Counted from the stretch's first letter, positions 19,655-29,160 are shown. The stretch is DNA of 64,000 nt from Synechococcus sp. UW140 (GCA_943369245.1 CALRMN020000015.1:916-64915), one strand, 5' to 3'. The notes: generated by a model from the sequence alone, not told the origin. Numbers and translations are program-made.

Positions 19655-22600
19655 GCACCATCCCCACCAGCCGCTCCGAACAACGCCAGAAGGCCCTGCT
19701 GGCCGGCGTCCGCCCCTTCGACCGCCTGCCCGCCGAGGTGCTGGCCGGTCTCGACTCCCTGCTCGACACCCGCCGCTACCGCCTCGGCCAGACCCTGCTG
19801 CGCCGCGAGAGCATGCCCGAGGGTCTGCTGCTGCTGCGCTCCGGCAGCCTGCGCGTGCTGGCCACCGACCCGCTCAGCGGTGATCTCACCACCATCGACC
19901 GGCTCCAAGCCGGCGCCTGCGTCGGCTGGTGTTCCCTGCTCAGCGGCGAGCCCTGCGAGCAGCTGCGCGTGTCGGCGGAGGCGGAGGTGCTGGTGCTGCC
20001 CACCGGCCTCTTCCACGACCTGCTCGCCGACCACGACGCCTTCCGGCTCTGGTACCAGACCACCCTGCCGGCCTCCGAGCTGCACCGGCTCCTGGTCGAC
20101 CTCCACAGCCAGAACCCCGCCTGGGCCGAAGCCCTGCGCGCCTGGCCCGCCATCCGCCCGGCGGCGCGGGTGCGCAGCCTCACCCCCTCCGACAAGGCCG
20201 ACGGCCCGCTCGCCCTCAGCGCCGAGCTCACCTGGTTCCACAGCAGCGGTGGTCCCCTCGGGCAGCCCTGGCCCATCGGCGGCAAGCCCGTGCCACCCCG
20301 TGCGGGTGCGCCCTGGCTGCGCCTGGTGGGGCTGCCGCCCCTTGACCAGCAGCCGGAAACAACCCCCGATCTGCAGATCGGCAGCGCGTCCGAAGCACCG
20401 GCCACCGAAGCCACGGCCCCGGACGCGGCGGCCTCCACCCCCGCTCCGCAGGCCGGGGCTCTGGCCCCCCCGCCGGCCCCGGGCAGCGGAGCGGGCACCT
20501 ATGCCCTCTCCCCGCCTGCGCCTGCCCCCCGCACGGATGGTCATGGCGAGGAGGCCGAGCTGCGCCTGCAGCGCGCCACCGGCCCCCGCGATGCTCCGAT
20601 CGCCGTCTGCATCGCCCTGGCCAACTACTTCGGCGTGCCGGTGAACCGCGATGCCCTGCGCGATCAGGTGCAGGCGGTTCTGGCCCGCCAGGGCAGCCTC
20701 AACCTGATCAACCTCGGCCAGATACTCGATGCCCTCGGGCTGCGGGTGGTGCTCACCAAGCTCCCCGCCGACCGCCTCGGCCGCGCCACCACCCCGGCCG
20801 TGTTCCACGCCCAGGGCCACTTCGCCATCCTCGAAGGCGTCGACGACGACGGGCGCCTGCGCCTGCTCGAACCCGAAATGGGCCCCCTGCTACTGCCGCC
20901 GGGCCAGCTCGCCGGCGACGGCGACGACGGGGTGGAGCTGCTGCTGCTGCAGCGCAAGAGCGACGCCAAGGAACAGACCTTTAGCTGGGGCTGGTTCCTG
21001 CCCTTCCTGCGCGAGCACCGCCGCCAACTGGTTGAAGTGGTGGCCCTCTCCTTCGTGATCAACCTGCTGGCCCTGGCCCAGCCACTGGGCCTGCAGGTGC
21101 TGATCGATCAGGTGGTGCGCCAGCGCAACGTCAACGCCCTGCTCACCATCTGCTTCGTGATGCTGCTGGCGGCCCTGGTGGCGGCCGTGCTCAAGACCCT
21201 GCGCGGCTACATCTTCACCGACACCGCCAACCGGGTGGACCAGGCCACCAAGAGCACCATCCTCGATCACCTGGTGCGGCTGCCCCAGGGCTTCTTCGAC
21301 AGCCGGCCGGTGGGCCAGGTGATGTTCTACTTCGGCCAGCTCGACAAGCTGCGCGACTTCCTGCTCGGCAACAGCCTCACCACCGTGGTGGATCTGGCCT
21401 TCAGCTTCCTCTACCTGTTCGTGCTGTTCGCCCTCAGCGTGCCGCTCACCTTCGCCACCCTCTCAACCCTGCCGCTGTTGCTGGCCCTCGCCTTCTTTAG
21501 CAACCCGCTGGTGCGCGCCCAGATCAAGCGCAGCATGGGCGCCTCGGTGAAGACCTACTCCTACCTCAACGAATCAATCACCGGCATCCAGACGATCAAA
21601 TCCCAAAACGCCGAACTGAAAACCCGCTGGGAGTTCCAGAACCGCTATGCCCGCTTCATCGGCGAAGACTTCAAACTCAAGATCACCAAAGAGACTATTA
21701 CCAATCTTGCAAATTTTATCAATGACCTAAACAGCCTGATCACGATTGGAGTAGGTGTCTATCTTCTCATTCAACAAGAGGCAACGATTGGTGGATTCAT
21801 CGCTTTCAGAATTCTTAGTGGTTACATTACCCGTCCTCTGGTACAGCTAATTACCACCTGGCAGACGTTCCAGCAGTGCACCGCCTCGATCCAGCTGGTG
21901 GCCGACGTGGTCGACCGCCCCACCGAGCAGAGCGACGCCGAGGCGCTCAACATCCCGATGCCGCCCCTCAGCGGCCGGGTGGAGTTCCAGAACGTGAGCT
22001 TCCGCTTCGCCGACGACGGCCCCCTCGTGCTCCAGGGCATCAACCTGGAGGTGCCTGCCGGATCCTTCGTGGGCATGGTGGGAGGCTCCGGCAGCGGCAA
22101 GAGCACCCTGCTCAAGCAGCTGCCCCGCTTCTACCGGCCGCTCGAGGGCAAGGTGGTGATCGATGGCCTCGACATCAACAAGGTTGAGCTCTACTCCCTG
22201 CGCCGCCAGATCGGCGTGGTGCCCCAGGACAGCGTGCTCTTCGACGGCACCGTGCGCGAGAACCTGCTGCTGGTGAAGCCCGACGCCACCGCCGACGAGA
22301 TGATCCGCGCCGCCCGCATCGCCTGCGCCCACGATTTCATCATGGAACTCCCCAAGGGCTACAACTCCGATGTGGGCGAGCGGGGTGCCGGTCTCTCCGG
22401 CGGCCAGCGCCAGCGCCTTGCCCTTGCCCGCGCCGTGCTCCAGAACCCCCGCATGCTCATCCTGGATGAAGCCACCAGCGCCCTCGATGCCCGCACCGAA
22501 CGCCAGGTCTGCATCAACCTCTTCGAAGCCTTCCGCGGCCGCACGGTGTTTTTCATCACCCACCGCCTCAGCACCGTCCAGCCGGCCGACTGCATCGTGA

Positions 22601-22710
22601 TGATGGACAAGGGCGCGATCATGGAGACGGGCAGCCACCGGGAGCTGATGCAGCGCCAGGGCTGGTACTACGCCCTCCATTCCAGCCAGGGTCAGGAGGG
22701 AGGTCTCTGA
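19651..22710 (+). CDS. hlyB: Type I secretion ABC transporter (HlyB family): cNMP-binding domain + C39-like domain + TMD + NBD
   Basis: Walker A GGSGSGKST, VVPQD Q-loop, signature LSGGQRQR, Walker B LILDEATSALD, FITHR; N-terminal CAP_ED-like segment; ATG at 19651. Confidence 0.93.
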   Translation: MSTIPTSRSEQRQKALLAGVRPFDRLPAEVLAGLDSLLDTRRYRLGQTLLRRESMPEGLLLLRSGSLRVLATDPLSGDLTTIDRLQAGACVGWCSLLSGEPCEQLRVSAEAEVLVLPTGLFHDLLADHDAFRLWYQTTLPASELHRLLVDLHSQNPAWAEALRAWPAIRPAARVRSLTPSDKADGPLALSAELTWFHSSGGPLGQPWPIGGKPVPPRAGAPWLRLVGLPPLDQQPETTPDLQIGSASEAPATEATAPDAAASTPAPQAGALAPPPAPGSGAGTYALSPPAPAPRTDGHGEEAELRLQRATGPRDAPIAVCIALANYFGVPVNRDALRDQVQAVLARQGSLNLINLGQILDALGLRVVLTKLPADRLGRATTPAVFHAQGHFAILEGVDDDGRLRLLEPEMGPLLLPPGQLAGDGDDGVELLLLQRKSDAKEQTFSWGWFLPFLREHRRQLVEVVALSFVINLLALAQPLGLQVLIDQVVRQRNVNALLTICFVMLLAALVAAVLKTLRGYIFTDTANRVDQATKSTILDHLVRLPQGFFDSRPVGQVMFYFGQLDKLRDFLLGNSLTTVVDLAFSFLYLFVLFALSVPLTFATLSTLPLLLALAFFSNPLVRAQIKRSMGASVKTYSYLNESITGIQTIKSQNAELKTRWEFQNRYARFIGEDFKLKITKETITNLANFINDLNSLITIGVGVYLLIQQEATIGGFIAFRILSGYITRPLVQLITTWQTFQQCTASIQLVADVVDRPTEQSDAEALNIPMPPLSGRVEFQNVSFRFADDGPLVLQGINLEVPAGSFVGMVGGSGSGKSTLLKQLPRFYRPLEGKVVIDGLDINKVELYSLRRQIGVVPQDSVLFDGTVRENLLLVKPDATADEMIRAARIACAHDFIMELPKGYNSDVGERGAGLSGGQRQRLALARAVLQNPRMLILDEATSALDARTERQVCINLFEAFRGRTVFFITHRLSTVQPADCIVMMDKGAIMETGSHRELMQRQGWYYALHSSQGQEGGL

Positions 22711-24203
22711 TGGCCAACAGCAGCGAGTCCTCCGGGTCTCTGGTCGACCTCTACGAGCGCGCCCTCGGCTGGCTGCGCTCCCCCCGCCGTCACCGGCCCC
22801 GCCGGGATCAGCGGGTGGTGCCGGTCCGCGTCGACCTGGTCGGCGACAGCCCCCCCCCAGCATCGGTTCCGGAGCCGGTGAACCATCCATTTCTGACTCC
22901 CGCCGCACCGGCTGACGCTGGCTCAGGCAGCCAGGGCGCCCTCGCCCCCCTCGCCACCGCCGACTGGCAGTTCAACCAGCCGGTGCTGCTGCGCAAGAGC
23001 GGCCGAGCCTCCAGCCTGATCGTCTGGACGCTGCTCGGTGGTGTGGGCGCCATCGGCGTCTGGGCCGTTCTGGCCCCCCTGGGTGAAACCATCGCCGTGC
23101 AGGGCAAGCTCCAGCCCGGCAGCAAGGTCAAGACGATCGAGGCGCCCGTGCCCGGTGTGATCGAAGCCGTGCTCGTCAAAGACGGCGAAAGCGTCCGCCA
23201 GGGACAGGAGCTCATCCGCTTCGATCTGCGCGAGACCCGCAGCCGCCTCACCGCCGCCGAGGCGATCCGCGAACGGCTGCTCAACGAGAACCAGATTCTC
23301 GCCGCCTCCCTGGGCGACACCCAGGCCAGCGGCCTCTCCGCCAACCAGCGGCTCCAGCTCAGCAACCAGAGCGAGGATCTGCGCACTAGGCGCCTGGCGG
23401 CCGACGAACAGCTGCGGGCCAGCGAGGCCCGGATCGCCGGCCTGCGCACCAGCCTGGCCACCGCCCGCAACATCGCCGAACGCTTCGAGGCGCTCGCGCG
23501 CAGCGGCGCCGTCAGCGAGGTGCAGGCCCTCGAGAGCCGCAACAAGGTCAATGAGATAGAGGCCAACCTCGCCAGCGAGGAGCGCACCGCCGCCAGCCTC
23601 AGCGCCTCGGCCCTCAACGCCGGTGCAGCCCCCGGCGCCGACCTGCGCGGCCGCATCGAGGCCAACCTGCGCCAGATCGCCGAACTCGACAGCCAGATCC
23701 GCCTGGCCCGGGTGCAGCTCCAGTACAGCGTGCTCACCGCCCCCAGCGCCGGCTCCGTCTTCGACATCGACGTCTCCCCCGGCTCGGTGGTGGAGAGCGC
23801 CAAGACACTCCTGCGGGTGGTCCCCGGCGATGCGCTCGAAGCAAAAGTGTTCATCCCCAACGATGTGATCGGCTTCCTCTCCCCCGGCCAGAGCGCCGAG
23901 ATCTCGATCGCCACCTTCCCCTCGTCCGAGTTCGGCAGCGTGCCCGCCACGGTGGAGCGCATCGGCTCCGATGCCCTCACCACCCAGGAGATGGCCGAAA
24001 CCCTCCAGACCGACGCCCAGGGCCTCTTCTATCCCGCCGTGCTGCAGCTGCGCCGCCAGAGCCTCCAGGGCAGCACCCGCCCGATTCCACTCAAGCCGGG
24101 CATGGCCCTCTCCGCCGACATCCAGCTCCGCCAGCGCACCTTCATCAGTCTGTTCACCAGCTTCCTCAACGACCGCCGCAAAGACCTCGAGCGCCTGCGC
24201 TGA
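22710..24203 (+). CDS. hlyD: HlyD-family membrane fusion (periplasmic adaptor) protein
   Basis: Single TM helix, IEAPVPGVIEAVLVKDGESVRQGQEL lipoyl-like motif, coiled coil, LTAPSAG, FPSSEFG, LKPGMALSADI. Confidence 0.92.
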   Translation: MANSSESSGSLVDLYERALGWLRSPRRHRPRRDQRVVPVRVDLVGDSPPPASVPEPVNHPFLTPAAPADAGSGSQGALAPLATADWQFNQPVLLRKSGRASSLIVWTLLGGVGAIGVWAVLAPLGETIAVQGKLQPGSKVKTIEAPVPGVIEAVLVKDGESVRQGQELIRFDLRETRSRLTAAEAIRERLLNENQILAASLGDTQASGLSANQRLQLSNQSEDLRTRRLAADEQLRASEARIAGLRTSLATARNIAERFEALARSGAVSEVQALESRNKVNEIEANLASEERTAASLSASALNAGAAPGADLRGRIEANLRQIAELDSQIRLARVQLQYSVLTAPSAGSVFDIDVSPGSVVESAKTLLRVVPGDALEAKVFIPNDVIGFLSPGQSAEISIATFPSSEFGSVPATVERIGSDALTTQEMAETLQTDAQGLFYPAVLQLRRQSLQGSTRPIPLKPGMALSADIQLRQRTFISLFTSFLNDRRKDLERLR

Positions 24204-24490
24204 TGGCCCGGCGCCCCACCCGCGAACCGGTGGCCGACTGGTCGGCCTATGTGCCCCCCGGCCGGCGCCGCAGCCTGCTGCTGAAGCGGGCCTGCCACCG
24301 CTTTCGCTCCAGCCTCGCGAGCCAGAGGGTGCTGATCACACTGATGGTGCTGATTTACCTGGCCATCTGCCTCGGCCTCATCCTCTGGGGAGGGCTCAGC
24401 CTCGGTGTGCTGGCCCTGCTGCCCCTCCTGCTCGGCCCTCCCGTGGGCTATCTCGCCTACTGGCTGGTCTGGCGGGAGTTCCACGAATGA
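24203..24490 (+). CDS. Small two-TM membrane protein
   Basis: Two hydrophobic helices, ending LAYWLVWREFHE; TGATG overlap with hlyD. Confidence 0.7.
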   Translation: MARRPTREPVADWSAYVPPGRRRSLLLKRACHRFRSSLASQRVLITLMVLIYLAICLGLILWGGLSLGVLALLPLLLGPPVGYLAYWLVWREFHE

Positions 24491-24529
24491 ACTGAACTCC
24501 CAGCCCGTGCGCCCAGCTGGGGCCGGAAC

Positions 24530-25675
24530 TCAGCCCTGCTGGCTGGCCCGGCCCCGCAGTGTGGTGAGTTCCTGCAGCAGCCACTCGGGCAGAACCTTCT
24601 CGGCCGAGCTGAGGTTGACTTTGTTGGCGGGGTAGTAGAGCAGCGCCGCCATCAAAGCGTTCAGGGCGCGGGGATGGCGCATCGAGGTCACGATCTCCCC
24701 CAGCCGACGGCGGGCGGCATCCTCCTCGGCGGGCATGGCCTCCCGGCTGAATCCCGAGCCGATCAGGTTCTGGCTGAGCTGGCCGAAGGGGGCCCGGTAG
24801 AGGGTCTCCAGGTTCTCGGGTTCCACATCCAGCCAGATCTGCGCCACCTGCCGCCGCAGCACGGCCAGTTCGCGCTTGAGTTCGGCGTCGGTCGGATCGA
24901 TCGCGTAGAGGTTGATCAGGCCGCTCATCCGGCCCAGGAATTCGTTGTCCTGGATCAGGGGCAAGCAGGCCTCTCCCCGCTTCTCGGAGAACAGGGGCAG
25001 GGGCCTGTTGTCGGCCGGGGAGGAGGGGGAAGCAGGGGCCAGTGCAGGGACTCCACCGGCGGCGGTGGAGCCGGTGCCGCCCTGCTGCCTCAGGCGCAGT
25101 TTCTGCAGCAGCTGGGGATCGCAGCGCTCGGCATAGTCGCCCAGCAGCCACTTCGGGATCTGCCGCAGCGGATCAGCCACCTTCATGGCGTTCCGGTCGT
25201 AATAGGGCATCACGGCCAGCAGCAGATTGGGAGTCTCGTGATGCTCGAAGGCCTTGAGCAGCCGCTGGCTCAGGCCTGCCTTCCAGCGTTCATCGATGGG
25301 CCGCAATGGAAGAGCAGGCAGCACGCCACGCAGCATCAACCTGTAGGCCTCACCGATCGGCCCGCTGTAGAGGATCTCCAGACAATCCACCGGAGCGCTG
25401 AGCCAGAAGCGGGTGAAGCAGGAACGCGCGGCCTGGGCATCCTGCACGGCCTGCTGGTTGGGGGATTGGTCGAGTTGAGTGAAGATCGTCTGCAACCGCC
25501 GCACCGACCAGGCGGTGATCTCCATCGGCAGTTCGATCTCGTCCTGGGGGCTGCTGCTGACCAGGCGGTTGACGGACAGAGCCACGGCGGCAGGGACCGG
25601 CTCCAGGTCCGGCTCGGACGTCTGTCGCCCATGGGAGTGGCTGCCGCGACCGAACAGACTGCGCAGGGAAGGCAT
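24530..25675 (-). CDS. Hypothetical helical protein with an internal two-fold duplication
   Basis: Repeats FWLSAPVDCLEILY / IWLDVEPENLETLY, LLLAVMPYY / LMAALLYY, IPKWLL / LPEWLL. Confidence 0.75.
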   Translation of the reverse strand: MPSLRSLFGRGSHSHGRQTSEPDLEPVPAAVALSVNRLVSSSPQDEIELPMEITAWSVRRLQTIFTQLDQSPNQQAVQDAQAARSCFTRFWLSAPVDCLEILYSGPIGEAYRLMLRGVLPALPLRPIDERWKAGLSQRLLKAFEHHETPNLLLAVMPYYDRNAMKVADPLRQIPKWLLGDYAERCDPQLLQKLRLRQQGGTGSTAAGGVPALAPASPSSPADNRPLPLFSEKRGEACLPLIQDNEFLGRMSGLINLYAIDPTDAELKRELAVLRRQVAQIWLDVEPENLETLYRAPFGQLSQNLIGSGFSREAMPAEEDAARRRLGEIVTSMRHPRALNALMAALLYYPANKVNLSSAEKVLPEWLLQELTTLRGRASQQG

Positions 25676-25756
25676 CGAAGTGCGCGGGCGAAAAATCTGC
25701 GTGAACTGTACCGACGTTTTTCAGGACTTATGTTGTATGCAAGACAGCCGCGGTCG

Positions 25757-26986
25757 ATGCAAGACCTGCTGATCCATCAGGCATTCCCGGCCCAGTTCCT
25801 GCCCATCGTCGAGTCCCTGCTGGCGGCTGGCCATGAGGTCCATGCCATTGGTGCCGATGGGGCCGCCGCGCTGCCGTCCGGCTGCCGGTTCCACCCTTAC
25901 GAGGCTCCCGCGGCGGAACGGCTGCCTCCCGGCCTCAGCGATCCGGGGCTGGAGAGCGCCCTGATCCGCGGCGAGAGGGTGGCGGACCTGGCCCGGTCCC
26001 TGAAACAGAAGGGTCTTGAGCCACGCCTGATCCTGTTCCACAGCGCCTGGGGCGAGGGGCTCTACCTGCGTGAGCTCTGGCCCGATGCGCTGCTGGTCAC
26101 CTATCCGGAACTGTTCGGCTCCGAGTCCCTGCTCGGAACCGCCGATCCGGACACCCCGCCCCTCAGCGACGGGCGCCGCCGCCTGCTGGTGCGCAACAAC
26201 CTGATGGCGCTCTCGGCCCTGGCCGCCGCCGACGCCGCCCTCACCCCCACCCTCTTCCAGCGCGACAGCTTTCCGGCCCCCTGGCGCGGCCGCTTCCAGG
26301 TGATCCACGAAGGGATCGACACCGCCAGCCTGCGTCCGGCCCCGCCGCGGGGCCTGCGCCTCGGCGCCGACCTGGTGCTGGCTGCCGACGTGCCCCTGCT
26401 CACCTTCGTGAGCCGCAACCTTGAGCCCCTGCGCGGGTTCTGCCGCTTCATGCGGGCCCTGCCGTTCCTCCTTGGTAACCACCCCGATCTCCAGGTGGTG
26501 ATCGTGGGGGGGCACGGCCACACCTACAGCCCGCCCAGCCCACATCCCGACGGCTACCTGGGCGCCATGGTCGAACTGCTGGGCGATGGCATCGATCGAC
26601 GGCGGTGTCATGCCGTGGGCCAGCTGCCTCGTGATCAGCTCACTGCCCTGCTGCAGCGCAGCACTGTGCACGCCTATCTCTCCCATCCCTACGTGCTCTC
26701 CTGGAGCCTGCTGGAGGCGATGGCCTGCGGAGCGGCCGTGGTGGCCTCCGACACGGCGCCGGTGCGAGAGGTGATCCGGGACGGGGTGAATGGTCGCCTG
26801 GTGCCCCTCGACAATCCGGCCGGGATCGCCGCGGGCCTCGATGCCCTACTGCGCGACCCGGAAGCCCGGCGCTCCCTCGGCCAGGCAGCCCGGGCCACCG
26901 TGCTGGAGCGCTACCGCCGTGATCGCTGCCTGGAGGCCTTCAACCGCTGGATCGAGTCGCTGCTGCTGCTGCGCTCCAGCCGCTGA
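25757..26986 (+). CDS. Glycosyltransferase family 4 (HQxFPxQF type)
   Basis: LIHQAFPAQF, HSAWGEGLYL, VIHEGIDT, FVSRNLEPLRGF, PYVLSWSLLEAMACG; ATG at 25757 in frame. Confidence 0.9.
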   Translation: MQDLLIHQAFPAQFLPIVESLLAAGHEVHAIGADGAAALPSGCRFHPYEAPAAERLPPGLSDPGLESALIRGERVADLARSLKQKGLEPRLILFHSAWGEGLYLRELWPDALLVTYPELFGSESLLGTADPDTPPLSDGRRRLLVRNNLMALSALAAADAALTPTLFQRDSFPAPWRGRFQVIHEGIDTASLRPAPPRGLRLGADLVLAADVPLLTFVSRNLEPLRGFCRFMRALPFLLGNHPDLQVVIVGGHGHTYSPPSPHPDGYLGAMVELLGDGIDRRRCHAVGQLPRDQLTALLQRSTVHAYLSHPYVLSWSLLEAMACGAAVVASDTAPVREVIRDGVNGRLVPLDNPAGIAAGLDALLRDPEARRSLGQAARATVLERYRRDRCLEAFNRWIESLLLLRSSR

Positions 26987-28256
26987 AGGCCGTGAGCAGC
27001 CGCTCGATCGCACTGGCCCAGTCTCCCGTCGCGCTCTGACGAAACAGCCGCAGCGAGCCATACCAAGGGCTGTCGTCCCGCTGCCGCAGCCAGCGGGGAT
27101 CGGCGCTCCAGGGCAGCAGAATCCAGCCGGTGGCCCCCATGGCACCCACCAGATGGGCCATGGCGGTGTCGACACTGATCACCAGATCCAGCTGGGCCAC
27201 CACCCGCGCCACATGGGCGAAGTCGCCCAGATCCAGCCGTGGTGCACTCAGCTGGAAACCCAGTGCGGCCGCCAGCTCCTGATCGTCGCCGAACTGAAGC
27301 GGGATCAGCGCGGCACCGGCCTGGCGCAGGCCATCGATCAGCTGCCAGAGGGCCAGGGGGGGCAGGCTGCGTTTCAGATACTCCCGCTGGGTGAAGGGGT
27401 CGTCGAGCTTGCGTCCCGACGCCCAGACCAGTCCGACCCGTGGCCCGTCCGGCAGACCGTCGGGCAGCAGGGAGACGCCGGTGGCGCTCCAGAGAGGTGA
27501 GTGCAGTGTGGGCTGGACCGATTCGGCCATGGGCCCTGTACCCAGCAGATGCGGCAGGCTCATCAGGGGCCCATGAGCAGCCAGGGGCTGGAAGGTCAGC
27601 GCCTGCTTGGCCACCACGCGAGGAGGAGCCTCCATCCAGGCCAGACCCTCCTGCAGGATCCGCACGAGGTTGGCCTCCACCACCAGATGCAGCGGGCCGG
27701 GCCGCCGGGCCAGAGCGGGGATCCAACGCAGATACTGAAAGGTGTCGCCATAGCCCTGCTCACTCCAGGTCCAGAGGGGCTGGTCTGGATCGAGATCCTC
27801 CATGCTCCCCCCACCCCAGAACGGGGCCGGCCGGAAGGGGCTCCAGCTCGCCAGCCTGCAGCGGGCCTCGGCGGCGGCGAACGCTTCGCCGTAGCGCTCC
27901 AGGCCGATCAGCAGCTGGCTCAGCCCCCAGCGGGCCTGCTCATCGCCGGCATCCTCATAGAGGGGCACCGCCTCCTCGAACCGGTTGAGATCCCGCAGGG
28001 TGTTGGCCAGGCCGCAGAGCGCGGCGGATACCCCGATCGAATCAGCCAGTGCTCTCCGGTAGGGGTGCTCGGCCGCCTGAGGGAGGTCGGCCATCCACAG
28101 GGCGTGGCCGAGATTGCACCACACCCGGCCGTCACCTGGCTCAAGGGTCAGGGCGCGGCCATAGGCGGTCGCGGCGGCCAGCCAGTCGTGGCTGCGCTCA
28201 TGGGCGGCGGCGATCTGAAGCCACTCAACCGACTGCTGGGGCTGGGACACGGCCAT
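26940..28256 (-). CDS. TPR-containing GT9-like glycosyltransferase
   Basis: TPRs (WCNLGHALW, LCGLANTLRDLNRFEEA), then EQGYGDTFQYLRWI, VGLVWASG, LDLVISVDTAMAHLVGA, DSPWYGSLRLFRQ; start at 28256 or 28301. Confidence 0.88.
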   Translation of the reverse strand: MAVSQPQQSVEWLQIAAAHERSHDWLAAATAYGRALTLEPGDGRVWCNLGHALWMADLPQAAEHPYRRALADSIGVSAALCGLANTLRDLNRFEEAVPLYEDAGDEQARWGLSQLLIGLERYGEAFAAAEARCRLASWSPFRPAPFWGGGSMEDLDPDQPLWTWSEQGYGDTFQYLRWIPALARRPGPLHLVVEANLVRILQEGLAWMEAPPRVVAKQALTFQPLAAHGPLMSLPHLLGTGPMAESVQPTLHSPLWSATGVSLLPDGLPDGPRVGLVWASGRKLDDPFTQREYLKRSLPPLALWQLIDGLRQAGAALIPLQFGDDQELAAALGFQLSAPRLDLGDFAHVARVVAQLDLVISVDTAMAHLVGAMGATGWILLPWSADPRWLRQRDDSPWYGSLRLFRQSATGDWASAIERLLTAFSGWSAAAAATRSSG

Positions 28257-28657
28257 GGGGTCTGTGGTCACCAGCGGAGCACAGCGCGGAGCCTGCTCCA
28301 AACGAGACCCAGCATGGCTCTGTCAGGAGAGGCCGACCTGGATCTTCATCCATAAGCAATACTTATGAAGCATTCTCTTTCTCATTAAGCGATGTGTCGT
28401 TAGCTGCATTTTCCAAGAGGTATTTGTATTCGACGAGTCGTTTCAGCGTCAATTCTGAGCGATGGGACACACGCCAGTCACAACCTGTCGCAGGCCGAAT
28501 TCGCTTACCAAGTAGCATTCAATACATGATGCATGTGCTTCTCGCGAGTCTCTGCTTGCAACGGAACGACAGATCCAGACAACTCTGGTAGCTTTCGGTG
28601 ACTCGGGAATCCATTCCGGATTTCAACTTCACCTGAGTTCAATCTCACTCTGAAGCC

Positions 28658-29113
28658 ATGCCTACTACCCTGTCCATCAGCGGCGGTTATTCGAAATTTC
28701 TAGAGAGGCTCGAAGACCGCTTTGAAGATGCACCCCCTTCCTTCAAGGAAAAGCTCGGTGTCTTCGGCGAAAAAATCGAAAATTCCATTGACTTTTTACA
28801 GGACAGAGTCGACCAAAATGACGATCTGATCATTGGGGACAAACTCGGCGAGGAGATTTTCACCAAGCTCAACAAGTTTTTCCCTAACGGCGAAGAATCC
28901 ATTGCCCTTGGCATCGATTTCCTGAAGTCAGAGCCTGCGCCAAGCGATTTCCCGGAAGTTACAGATGTCATCGACTCTGTTTCTCCAATCGTGTTCGGCT
29001 CCACCGAGGAAACCGGCGGCGGTGGATCCGACCTTCTTGGTCTTCTCGATCAACTCCCTGGTAATGACAATCTTGGTCCGCTCGACGATTTCTTCCCAGG
29101 TGGACGGAACTGA
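28658..29113 (+). CDS. Small acidic protein with C-terminal RTX-like nonapeptides; candidate T1SS substrate
   Basis: 151 aa, about 31 D/E versus 12 K/R, no Cys/His/Trp, no signal peptide; GGGGSDLLG and QLPGNDNLG near the C-terminus; followed by a terminator. Confidence 0.75.
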   Translation: MPTTLSISGGYSKFLERLEDRFEDAPPSFKEKLGVFGEKIENSIDFLQDRVDQNDDLIIGDKLGEEIFTKLNKFFPNGEESIALGIDFLKSEPAPSDFPEVTDVIDSVSPIVFGSTEETGGGGSDLLGLLDQLPGNDNLGPLDDFFPGGRN

Positions 29114-29160
29114 CCCTCAGGTTAGATTCACGCCCAGCTTTGACTAATTGAAGAGCACCG

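Noticed and set aside
22850-22858. C9 tract in hlyD (also C8 at 16271 in the GT2-GT4 gene) as phase-variation sites
   Set aside because: Short for slippage, in frame, encoding Pro runs in Pro-rich linkers of a GC-rich genome; read-level length variation would be needed
24674-25756. Apparent 360-aa N-terminal extension of the GT4 ORF
   Set aside because: Antisense to the real 24530-25675 gene; the family N-terminal motif begins at ATG 25757
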